DNA of 53,422 nt, filler included, from Stegostoma tigrinum (Eukaryota): NCBI RefSeq assembly GCF_030684315.1. It is 3 parts of 3 records of this genome, joined end to end, with 100 filler letters (N's around TTAATTAATTAA, not from the genome) between each part and the next. Parts side by side here need not be neighbours in the genome. Positions count along the whole stretch, not along the records: positions 24,424 to 53,422 come from NC_081396.1; 2 more parts are not named here. One strand, written 5' to 3'. Under the pieces are notes generated by a model. It was not told the DNA's origin. It saw only the letters and a program-made list of their open reading frames with translations, and ran no database searches. This document shows positions 24,324-35,809 of this stretch, in pieces. Positions within the stretch are counted from its first letter, which is position 1. The number at the start of each line of letters is the position of its first letter. The translations under genes were made by a program, and so were the position numbers.

Positions 24324-24423
24324 NNNNNNNNNNNNNNNNNNNNNNNNNNNNNNNNNNNNNNNNNNNNTTAATTAATTAANNNNNNNNNNNNNNNNNNNNN
24401 NNNNNNNNNNNNNNNNNNNNNNN
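24324..24423. other. Artificial scaffold-joining linker (44N-TTAATTAATTAA-44N)
   Basis: Identical to 10229-10328; the 12-mer is at 24368-24379. Confidence 0.95.
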
Positions 24424-24493
24424 CCTCCTGGCTCTCCTCAGACCATTTTTGAGCTCCTTCCTCGCCTGCCTGTAATCCGCTAGAGCTGAGCTG
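24424..24493 (-). mobile_element. 5'-truncation end of a young CR1 copy (same family as 31655-35591)
   Basis: The reverse complement ...gattacaggcaggcgaggaaggagctcaaaaatggtctgaggagagccagg nearly matches ~33696-33746. Confidence 0.85.
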
Positions 24494-25539
24494 AGCTGAT
24501 ACGTTAGTCGTTTGTTGAATTCATGCTATGGAGGAAGTCAAACTCTGATGGTAGACAGACGAAACATGTCATCACATGATATTTTTCAAAAATATCAGCG
24601 TGAAAACCAGAGGGGAAGAAAGAAATAGAGTAAAAAAACAGACAGAGACAGAACCATTGGCTTTGCCAACATATCTTGCAAGTCAAAGTGCATATATTTG
24701 CTAACATGAAAATAGTTATCGCTCTGATTGTGCACTCAGAAAAAAAAGGTTTTAATACGCATTCACAAGAATTAGTGCTCGAAACGTGTGCTGTTTGTGG
24801 GAAAAGATACACTGTTTTTTTCCCTTAAGTCATCTATTCTGAGAGTTCAATTTCTGTTTATTTACATAAACGCTTCATTGGTTTCAAAGACGAATTGATG
24901 TGAAACACAGATGGTCGAGGCTAGTATTTATTAGTTTTAAATCAAAACAACTTTATTTTAAGAATGTTCGCAGTTATCAGAGATAAACACAAATTTTCGA
25001 CATTAATTGAAACAGACGTTATTTACTTCCAAAAGATAATTTTAAAAGCCCAATTTAGGTTAAGAATTCAGTAATGAAAATCTTCAACCACTGCCAGTGA
25101 AACGTTTCTGTATAACTGGATTTACTTCAACATCCTGTTCATTGTCCTTTAATACGTTTTGACCACGACGTATCCAAGAACTCATCATCGCGCAAAGTTT
25201 CTTTCAGAATTTTTATTTGAGAAAAGTTGAAATGACATTATGAGCTGGCACAGTAAATTAAATTAACTGTTATTGTTTACTGAGTTTTAGTCATGCTTAT
25301 GTTTTATATTATTATTTTATAGAATGTTGATGTTGGTGCCTCGGCAACGTTTGGTCATTATCACAAGCCACCCATTCAGCAGGTTGGCACTGCGGCTCCA
25401 GAAGGCCGTCAATTAAATTGCTCTGTGCCTGGAGACAATGAAGGCCAGATCAAGTACAGCCTGCAGATTTCATTTCCAGTGGACATGAGCAAGACATCTG
25501 TTTTTGAATTTTCGATTGACTTGGAATTACACCTCTGAC

Positions 25540-25730
25540 AAATAAAACCAGAAGAACTGAAAATGCTGTAAATCAGGAAGACAAGTAAAGTTGCTAGAAA
25601 AGCCCACAGGTCAGGCAGCATCTGTGAAGGGGGAAAGAAAGAAAAAAAAACAGTGCTCACGTTTCGGGTCCGGTGGCCCTTCTTCAGTTCTGAAGCATTC
25701 TGAAGAGGTGAAGTCTTTTCCAGCAATTTT
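25540..25730 (-). mobile_element. Penelope-like terminal fragment with intact hammerhead-like core
   Basis: Minus strand 25687->25661 reads CTGAAGA-A-GGG-CCACCGGA-CCC-GAAAC, then GTGA. Present in duplication copy A only. Confidence 0.6.
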
Positions 25731-26044
25731 GCTCATTCGAAATCCAACACCTGTCCCCTAACCATTAAACTGGAGTATTGAAGCAGTGGCTCAGTGGTAT
25801 TTCCACTGACAAACTGAAGCTGCCAATGTAGCCAGCACGTACAGACAGCTGTCACAAGTAGAAGTGCATTAAAAGTGACACTCTAAGTCAGGAATAAATT
25901 TTGGAATCGATGACTGATGAAAATTCTCTTGCTGTTTGCAGAAATATCACAGGAGACTTTTCATACAATTACCAGTCTGAATTCGATATCTGATTCTCTC
26001 TCTGCAGAAACTCACTCATCTAGTCATGTTTCCAGTTTTTATCA

Positions 26045-26312
26045 TATAATAACAGAATCCCCAGAGTCTGGAAACAGGCCGTTCTGTCCAGCAAGCCCAT
26101 CCCGAACCATAGGGCATCCCTCCCAGACCAATCAGCGATAACCCACCCTTTCTCCTCATGCCAGAACACTACGGGCAAATTATCATGACCAATTCACGAA
26201 GCCTGCTTATCTTTGGACTGTGGGAGGAATGCACATCACCCTGGGAAGACCCACGCAGTCGCGGTGAGGGTGGAATCAAACTGAGCAAGCACTGCTCATC
26301 ACTGAGTCACCA
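26045..26312 (-). mobile_element. Degenerate HE1-type SINE
   Basis: gaatccc...gaaacaggcc tail, atctttggactgtgggagg body and cactgagtcacc head remnant. Absent from duplication copy B. Confidence 0.75.
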
Positions 26313-26879
26313 TCAATTCTGGTTTTGTCTTACATTTCATTTCTCCACTACACTTCTCACTTTTAGAATACTTGGTTAAAATTTGAAAAAAAAATACATT
26401 CGCTCCATATCCAAAAATGTGGTCACCACTGACCGTTTTGGAATGCTGCTGACTTGCATAACTAATTATGATTTATCTTTCTAAAGAAGCATTAATACAA
26501 ATGATGGGCTTCTCAGTCAAGTTCCGTACGTTAAATCAACTGGCGGCTTATTGTGGAACTGGTTTGGCATGCCAGGTATAAAGGACAGACCTCCTCCTCT
26601 GAAGGAAAAGACTGAATCATGTGGGTGCTTCAAATCTTCAGAAAGCCTTTGATTATTGGTAATTAGGATCGCATTCCATTTTGGATTATTTAAGTAATTG
26701 AAGCTACAATGGCATAATATGATTCTGGGACTTTACTTGAAACTTTTGGATTCCTAACCAAGTATTCATTCTGCTTCCTTCTACACAGTGTGGAATGTTT
26801 TCATAGATTAAAGGAACTGTAATGAGGTTGACTTCTAGAACACGGGTGTCGTTATTTCCTCTGTCTCGTTGGACTTAAA

Positions 26880-29450
26880 AAGATGGCATTGAGCTGTCTT
26901 TCTGAAATGTGGGATCCAAACTGTCTGCGAAAGAGACTTCCAGAATTTTGATCCAGTTACTGTGATGAATAACTTATACTTTTCCAAGTGACAATGGCAA
27001 GTGGCTTGAACAGAAGCTTGAAAATTTTGCTAATCCAATATATCTGCTGCTGCTGTCCTGCAGGATGGATGTGTGGGACATTAGTAACATTCTGTCTATG
27101 GGTATTAATGAATTAAGAATATATATCTGATATAGAGTATACACTGCAGCTACCCAGAGTTATATTTGGACGTACTTTTTACTTGTGGATGTACTGTCAA
27201 CAAAGAGTGCTGCTTTGCCCTGCATGATGTCAATCTTCTTCAGGGTAATTGACACTACATCCATTCAAACAGGTTTGGATGCATGATATTACACCCTTGG
27301 CCTCTGCCTTCTGGACGACGGATGTTTACGGGGTGCCACAGGGGTGAGTTCGTCGCCGCTGCGTCCCGAGCTGTTCGCCTGGTTTTTCCACCACTGTGTT
27401 AATTTCAGGATTCGTTTCTCGTAAATCATATATCCCAGCATGCTGACAGTGAAAAATTCAGTGATGTTAACAACAGTGAATGGAAAGGGGCCAGTCGTGC
27501 GATGCTCTTTAATAGTTGATATTAATTGTCGAGCAACTTTCTGGTGTCAATGCAAATTGAACATTCGTCTCAAGTCTGGATATCATACATAACTTGTTGC
27601 ACGTTCATATGGACTGCCTTCATCTATGAGGAGTTTTGATTAATACTGAGTATTGTGCCATCATCGGTAACCGTTTCACGTCCGATCGTACAATAGAGAC
27701 CGAATGAAATTCGAGCAATAATAATGATTACATGGGCTCCCAACCAGCCACTCAGTTAACCAAGCACGTCCAGTGCATCTAAAGTTTTGATATTTAACCA
27801 ACATTAACTGATGAAGCACTGATGACGGTTGAACCTGTAACACTACCTACACGAACCTGGATAGACATGTCCCGGAACTGAGTTGACTGACCTCCAACAA
27901 CCACACCATTTTCGTGTGTTTGTAAGCTTTGTCTTCAGGCTGCGGACAGTTTGTCACCTGATACTCAATAATTCCCATTTTGGCTCACTCGATGCGACAC
28001 TCTGCCAAATGCTATCTTGACGTCAAGGGCTGACATTCTCCCCTCACTTGTTGAACTCAATTCTTTGTTCATGTTTCAACCAAAACTGTTATTTGGTCAG
28101 GAGCTAATTTGGCCTTGAATAACGCAAAGCATGTTTCACTGAGCAGGTTATTGATGAACTAGTACTGCTTGAATGCACTGCTGATGGCGCCTTCCAACAC
28201 TTGCCTGATGCTTGAGAATAGACTGATTGGGCAGTAATTCGCCAGTTTGGACTATCCTACTTTCTGGTCCATTTTCAACGCTGTTGGTTAAATATCAAAA
28301 CTTTGGATGCACTGAACGTGCTTAGCTAACAGAGTGGCTGGTTGGGAGCACATGTAATCATTATTATTGCTCGAATTTCATCAGGTCTCAGACATTTTGC
28401 AGTATCTGGTGTCCCCAAACATTTGTTCATATCACGTGGACAGAATCGAATTAACTGAAAAAGTGATATCTGTAATGTGATCACTAGAGGAGGCCAAGAT
28501 GGATCAATAACTTGACACTTGTATCTCATTATTGCTGTCAATTATTTTGCCTTGACGTTTGCACAGAGGTGCTGGGTTCATCTATCTTTGAAGATGGGAG
28601 TATCCTGTGGAGCTTCCTCCTCCGGTGAGTTGTTCAGTTACCCCCTCCATTCATGACTTGATGTGGCAGCACTGCAGAGTTTAGATCTGATCTGTTTTTC
28701 AGTAAATTCACTGAGATCTGCCCATCACGTGCTTCCTATGCTGTTTGACATCATAACAGTTCCTCAGTGGTAGCTTCACCAGGTTAAAATCTCTTCTCTC
28801 CTGCTGTTCCAGGGATAGCATCCTGCACTTTTCACTAAACCAGGAATGATCCCCTCTTTTGGCCATAATTTACGAGTGGGGAATGTGCAGAACAATACCA
28901 ATGTTCATTGCGTTGAATAATAATTCTGATTGTGTTGACGGTCAAAGCAATTGATTTCTGCCAGGTGTTAAATGACTTTAAATATCCCATTTAGAATGCC
29001 TATAGTGCGAAACAACGCAATGGAGAGTATTCTCAATTTGAAGTGACACTTCGTCCCCACAATGATCTTATGATGATCATTTTTGTTTAATCTTGCCATG
29101 GACAGATGCATCTGCAGCCGGCCAATTCGGAATGAAGAGCTCAAATTTGCATTTTCTCTCTTGTTGTTTCCCCCACCAGCTCCCGCAGACTCATTCTGAC
29201 AGCAATGTCCAACAGGACGCAAGCAGCTCGATGAGCAGAGTTGCCATGCCTTCTGGTCAGCATTGCAGGCACCCTCCCTGAATACATTCTGCATCCTTGC
29301 CACCTTCAGTACGGACCCCAAACGTTGTTCAACGTGGTGGAGTTCTTATTCGTCAACTGAGGGAAGATGACGCTTGGCCTTCATAAAGTGCTTTCTTTGT
29401 CTATGTTTAAACTGAAGTCATGAATCTTCATGTTTCCAGAATCAACGTTG
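26880..29450 (-). mobile_element. Highly decayed CR1/L2-group LINE (family of 14417-16480)
   Basis: Reverse-complement similarity to ~15000-16400 and to 39620-42630; shared motifs such as acagatgcatctg and ggaggagccaagatggatca. Confidence 0.7.
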
Positions 29451-29619
29451 AGGGGTGGCTGCACTTAAACATAACTAAATCATCTGGCTGTACCTTGAAT
29501 AATATGTGAGAATGTTACAGAAATTATATTATCAGGTTGGAGTGTGCACAGGCAAGATTTATTAACAAGTGTGGTTTTCCTCATCAGGAGAGACTGAATA
29601 GAGTCAGAAAGACTAACAT

Positions 29620-31430
29620 AGAAACAAATTGTTCCAATTAATTCGTCTGTGTCGACCAGAAGTTCGAAATTAATCTGATCTCATTTGCCAGCATTTGGTC
29701 CACATCCCTGCAAATCCTTCTAATTCGCATCAGCTTCCTGGTGCTTTTTGTGTATTTTAATTGCAACAGCCACGATCACTTCCTCTGGAAGTTCGTTCCA
29801 TGCAATCAAAATCCTCCCTGCGAAATATTTGCCCCTTATGTCTCTTCCAAATACTTTGGCTGCCAAATTAAACCGATGCCCACTTCCTTTTCTCTCCCTG
29901 ACACCGGAAAAAATATACTTCGCATTTTCACCTTATCCATGGTCGTCACGATTTAATATGTTTCTACAAGGTCACAACTCAGCCTCCAACACTCCAGGGA
30001 AAATAGTGCCAGTCTGTTCGACATCTCACGATCGCTCTGACTCTCGAAACTTGGCAACAAACTTAGAAATACTCTCCAAAAAAAAAATCAATTCAATGAC
30101 ATCTTTCCTCAGGCATGGAGACAGAAATGAATGCATTTTCCAAAAGTGGCTGAAACAATCTCTGGTACAACTACACAACTGTGACATGACATCCCATTTC
30201 CCAGCCTCAGTGCACTGACCAGTAAAGGTAAGCACACTAAAAACCTTCCTCACTGTTCTGTCTTACAAGTTATTCCACTTTTGCCAAAGTACGAATCTGC
30301 ACTCCAGGTCTGTTTGTTCAGCAACACACCCTCGGATCTTTCGTAGATGAATTCCACCCAAGAATGACCTATCAAAACGCAGCACCGCACATATATCGAA
30401 ATTTGCTCAATCTGTCACTTGTTGGCCTTTTTGTCTCATTTGAACATGATTTGGTCTTTCTCTGGGGAAACGTTTTGGCTGTCCATTTCATGATGAATTT
30501 TGGTGTCTCCAGATACTTACTGAAATTATACCAGCTGTATTCACGTTAAAATCCTTTATGTAAATGACGAAAAAGTCAATAGATCCAGCACCAATCCCCG
30601 TGGCACACCACTGATTAGAAGCCTCCATTCTGAAAAGCAACACTCCATTACCATCCACACACTCCTATCTTCCAGCCACTTCCAGTTAGTTTACCCTCTG
30701 TTCCGTGAGCTCTAAATTAGTTAACTAATCTACCATGCAAAACCTTGTCAAAAGCCTTACTACCATGGTTTGGTTTGTTCAATACTCTTCCGCACATCTT
30801 CAAAACTTTCAATCAATTTAATGAGAAACGAACTCCCATTTACTAAGCTGCATTTACAATTCAAGTCAATTCCTGCATTTCGAAAACCATGTAAATCATT
30901 TCATTCAGAATGCCCTCCGAAACCTTGCACACTTCTGATTTCAATCTCACCGGCCTATGGAACTTTCACTTTTCCAGGCCATTTTTCTTAAATAGTGTCA
31001 TCACGGTAGCCAACCTCCAGTCTTCTGCCTCCTTGGCTGCAGTTATTGATGATGTAACTATCTCCACAAGGGGCCCAGCAATCACTTCGCCAGCTAACAA
31101 TAATTTCGAGGCCAAACCCGATGGACTCCAGGAGGCGAATCCAAATTAAAGTTTCTTAAGAAGTGCATCACCTCCTCTGTTGCATGGACATTGTTCAAGC
31201 TATGACTATTAATTTCCGAAAGATCCTGAGCTGATATAACCTTCTCCAATGTATGCACTGAAGCAAAATCCTCGTTTAGTGTTTGATCCATCACCTGCTG
31301 TGTCACGTGTAGATGGTCTTGCTGACCTTTATGGGGACGTCTTCTCTCTCTTGTTACTCTTTTGACTTTAGTACATTTGTAAAATAACATTGTCTTATCC
31401 GTAATTGCATTTGCCAAAGTTGTTTCATGT
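29620..31430 (-). mobile_element. Highly decayed CR1 LINE
   Basis: ORF 31094..31417(-) contains KVKRVTRERRRPHK...LNEDFASVHT...DSPPG (compare KRMVKERVGP...NEFFASVF...DKSPGPD). 3' UTR at ~29620-29720. Confidence 0.8.
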
Positions 31431-31678
31431 TCTGGGAGTGGAGGGTTTATGGAATGGGCTGAATAGACTGATGTTTCTTAGACATTGATCAGAGACGTTT
31501 GAGAAATGATCTGATGGAAGCTTTGTTTTTAAATCATGACAGATATAGATAAAGTGAATAGCAGGAATTTTTCCCTGTGGTAAGGGTGTTTCATAACAAG
31601 TGGTATAGTTTTAATGTGAGAGGAGACAGACTTAGGAATGGCAGGAATGATTTTATTATATCTAGATTGAAGTGGGGT

Positions 31679-32613
31679 ATGGATGCTAGGGCAGTTGCTT
31701 GCTCCTCCTGCAGAATGTGGCAGTTGGGAGATGTGGCACACGTCTCCGCTGGCTACATCTGCGGGAAGTGCACCCAGCTACAGCTCCTTGAAAACCGTGT
31801 TAGGGAAATGGAGCTGGAGCTGGATGAACTACGGATCATTCGGGAGGCAGAGGGGGTAATTGAGAGGAGTTATCGGGAGTTGGTCACTCCTAAGGCTCAG
31901 GACGATTATAGATGGGTTACAGTTAGGGGGAGGAAAGGGGGCAGACAGACAGTGCAGAGATCCCCTGTGGGCATTCCCCTCAGCAATAAGTATAACGTAT
32001 TGGATACTGCTGGGGGGATGACCTACCAGAAGAAAGCCATAGTAGTCAGTTCTCTGGCACTGAGCCTGACACTGTGGCAAAGAAGGGAAGGGGGCAGAAT
32101 AGAAAAGTACTCGTGGTAGGGGACTCGATAGTTAGGGGAATCGACAGGAGATTTTGTGGGCAAGATCGGGATTCCTGGAAGGTATGTTGCCTCCCTGGCG
32201 CCAGGGTCCGGGACGTCTCCGATCGGGTGTATAAAGTTCTAAAAGGGGAGGGCGAACAGCCAGAAATCGTGTTACATATTGGCACAAATGATATAGCCAG
32301 AAATAGGTTTGAGGATATAAAAAGTGATTTCAGGGAGATAGGATGGAAGCTGCAGAGCAGGACGAACAGAGTAGTGTTCTCTGGCTTACTACCGGTGCCA
32401 CGAGATAGCGAGGTGAGGAACAGGGAGCGGGCGAGGCTGAACACGTGGCTACGCAGCTGGTGGAGGAGGGAGGGCTTCAGATATGTTGATAATTGGGATG
32501 CCTTCTGGGGAAGGTGGGACCTGTACAAGATGGACGGGTTGCATCTGAACTGGAAGGGGACCAATGTCCTGGGTGGAAGGTTTGCTCGAGTAGTTCGAGA
32601 GGGTTTAAACTAG
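31679..32613 (+). pseudogene. CR1 ORF1: zinc finger + leucine zipper + SGNH/GDSL esterase, one frameshift
   Basis: ATG at 31679. CSSC...CGKC, then a LENRVREMELELDEL zipper, then VVGDS...PGA...HIGTND...DGLH (SGNH blocks). One G is missing in the G6 run at 32012-32017; adding it restores an open DTAGGDDLPEESHSSQFSGTEPDTVAKK join. Stop TAG at 32611-32613. Confidence 0.9.
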
Positions 32614-35501
32614 TATGGCAGGGGGGTGGGAACCTGAGCTGTATACCAGAGGTGAGCGTTGATGCAGGTGAGGCAGTAGCAAGAGGTAGACCAGCTAGTG
32701 GGAAGGATTTTCCTGGGAAGGAACCAAGGGATCGGTTAAAGTGTGTTTGCTTTAATGCAAGGAGTATCAGGAATAAAAGTGATGAACTTAGAGCATGGAT
32801 CAGTACCTGGTGCCATGATGTTGTGGCCATAACAGAGACATGGGTTTCTCATGGGCAGGAATGGTTGCTGGATGTTCCAGGGTTTAGAACATTTAAAAAG
32901 AATAGGGAGGGGGGTAAAAGAGGAGGGGGTGTAGCGCTACTAATCAGAGAGGGTATCACAGCTACAGAAGCTTCCATTGTCGAGGAAGATCCGCCTACTG
33001 AGTCAGTATGGGTGGAAATTAGGAACAGCAAGGGAGTAGTCACCTCGTTAGGGGTTTACTACAGGCCCCCCAATAGCAGCAGGGAGATTGAAGAAAGCAT
33101 AGGTCGACAGATTTTGGAAAAGTGTGCACGCAGTAGGGTTGTTGTAATGGGTGACTTTAACTTTCCTAATATTGATTGGAACCTCCTTCGAGCAGAAGAT
33201 TTGAATGGAGCTGTTTTTGGAAGGTGTGTTCAGGAGGTTTTCCTAACGCAGTACGTTGACAGGCCGACGAGTGGAGAGGCCATTCTAGGCTTGGTGCTCG
33301 GAAACAAGCCGGGGCAGGTATCAGATCTTGTGGTGGGAGAGCATTTTGGTGATAGTGACCATAACTGCCTCACATTCTACATAGCTATGGAGAAGGAGAG
33401 GATTAGGCAGAATGGGAGGATATTTAATTGGGGAAGAGGAAACTATGATGCGATTAGACATGAGTTAGGAAGCATGGACTGGGAGCAGTTGTTCCATGGT
33501 AAGGGAACTATGGACATGTGGGGACTGTTTAAGGAACAGTTGTTGGGAGTGATGAGTAAATATGTCCCTCTGAGACAGGCAAGAAGGGATAAGATTAAGG
33601 AACCTTGGATGACGAGAGCGGTGGAGCTTCTAGTGAAAAGGAAGAAGGTAGCTTACATAAGGTGGAGGAAGCTTGGGTCAAGTTCAGCTAGAGAGGATTA
33701 CATGCAGGCAAGGAAGGAGCTCAAAAATGGTCTGAGGAGAGCCAGGAAGGGGCACGAGAAAGGCTTGGCAGAAGGAATCCGGGAAAACACAAAGGCATTT
33801 TACACTTACGTGAGGAATAAGAGAATGGTCAAAGAAAGAGTAGGGCCGATCAGGGATGGCATAGGGAACTTGTGTATGGAGCCTGAGGAGGTAGGGGAAG
33901 CCCCAAATGAGTTTTTTGCTTCTGTCTTTAAGAAAGAAACCAACTTTGTAGTGAATGAAACCTTTGAAGAGCAGGTGTGCATGCTGGAATGGATAGAGAT
34001 AGACGAAGCTGATGTGATGAAAATTTTGTCAAACATTAAGATTGACAAGTCGCCAGGCCCGGATCAGATTTGTCCTCGGCTGCTTTGGGAAGCGAGAAAT
34101 GCAATTGCTTCGCCACTTGCGAAGATCTTTGCATCCTCGCTCTCCACTGGAGTCGTACCTGAGGACTGGAGAGAGGCAAATGTAATTCCTCTCTTCAAGA
34201 AAGGAAATAGGGAAATCCCCGGCAATTATAGACCGGTGAGTCTCACGTCTGTCGTCTGCAAGGTGTTAGAAAGGATTCTGAGGGATAAGATTTATGACCA
34301 TCTGGAAGAGCATGGCTTGATCAAATACAGTCAACACGGCTTTGTGAGGGGTAGGTCATGCCTGACAAACCTTATCGAGTTTTTTGAGGATGTGACTAGA
34401 AACGTTGATGAAGGTCGAGCTGTGGATGTGGTGTATATGGACTTCAGTAAGGCATTTGATAAGGTTCCCCATGGTAGGCTCATTCAGAAGGTCAGGAGGA
34501 ATGGGATACAGGGGAACTTAGCTGCTTGGATACAGAATTGGCTGGCCAACAGAAGACAGCGAGTGGTAGTAGAAGGAAAATATTCTGCCTGGAAGTCAGT
34601 GGTGAGTGGAGTTCCACAGGGCTCTGTCCTTGGGCCTCTAGTGTTTGTAATTTTTATCAATGACTTGGACGAGGGAATTGAAGGATGGGTCAGCAAGTTT
34701 GCAGACGACACAAAGGTCGGAGGTGTCGTTGACAGTGTAGAGGGCTGTTGTAGGCTGCAGCGGGACATTGACAGGATGCAGAGATGGGCTGAGAGGTGGC
34801 AGATGGAGTTCAACCTGGATAAATGCGAGGTGATGCATTTTGGAAGGTCGAATTTGAAAGCTGAGTACAGGATTAAGGATAGGATTCTTGGCAGCATGGA
34901 GGAACAGAGGGATCTTGGTGTGCAGATACATAGATCCCTTAAAATGGCCACCCAAGTGGACAGGGTTGTTAAGAAAGCATATGGTGTTTTGGCTTTCATT
35001 AACAGGGGGATTTAGTTTAAGAGTCGTGAGATCTTGTTGCAGCTCTATAAAACTTTGGTTAGACCGCACTTGGAATACTGCGTCCAGTTCTGGGCGCCCT
35101 ATTATAGGAAAGATGTGGATGCTTTGGAGAGGGTTCACAGGAGGTTCACCAGGATGCTGCCTGGACTGGAGGGCTTATCTTATGAAGAGAGGTTGACTGA
35201 GCTCGGTCTCTTTTCATTGGAGAAAAGGAGGAGGAGAGGGGACCTAATTGAGGTATACAAGATAATGAGAGGCATAGATAGAGTTGATAGCCAGAGACTA
35301 TTTCCCAGGGCAGAAATGGCTAGCACGAGGGGTCATAGTTTTAAGCTGGTTGGTGGAAAGTATAGAGGGGATGTCAGAGGCAGGTTCTTTACGCAGAGAG
35401 TTGAGAGAGCATGGAATGCGTTGCCAGCAGCAGTTGTGGAAGCAAGGTCATTGGGATCATTTAAGAGACTGCTGGACATGTATATGGTCACAGAAATTTG
35501 A
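32604..35501 (+). pseudogene. CR1 ORF2: AP endonuclease + reverse transcriptase, one nonsense codon
   Basis: APE motifs NARS, ITETW, YRPP, GDFN, SDHN. RT motifs YRPVSLTS, QHGF, DFSKAFD, GVPQGSVLGP, FADD. TAG at 35013-35015 (likely GAG>TAG), after which the same frame continues to TGA at 35501. Confidence 0.95.
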
Positions 35502-35809
35502 GGGTGCTTACATGAGGATCAATGGTCGGCACAACATTGTGGGCTGAAGGGCCTGTTCTGTGCTGTACTGTTCTATGTTCTATGTTCTATGATTCATTTT
35601 TTGAATGAAGTTCCAGAAGAAGTTGTCGACATGAGCACATTTACTGCATTCAGAAATAGCACTTGGATTAACGGGAGTAATAATGGTTTGGAGGGATAAG
35701 GCTCAAATACAGGCACGGGTGACTGGTTCAGTTTGCGATTATGGTCGGCATCGATTCGTTTCTCTCCTTGCTGTATGACAATGGAATTCTGTCAGTGTCG
35801 GTTGGGGTT

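Larger units (their letters stand above)
24630..29450 (+). repeat. Old segmental duplication, copy A (paralog of ~37745-42110)
   Basis: Colinear shared blocks, e.g. aaatcaaaacaa-tttattttaagaatgtt (~24940 / ~38080), gattctctctctgcagaa (~25992 / ~39004) and aatgtggtca-c-ctgaccgtttt (~26416 / ~39151), followed by the same minus-strand LINE. Confidence 0.8.
31655..35591 (+). mobile_element. Young, near full-length CR1 (HER1-like) LINE, 5' UTR truncated, inserted in an older CR1 3' fragment
   Basis: Two ORFs and a 3' tail (TTCTATG)3 at 35571-35591. Older CR1 3' sequence flanks both sides (~31435-31650 and ~35592-35780). ATGATT occurs at both junctions (possible TSD). Confidence 0.95.
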
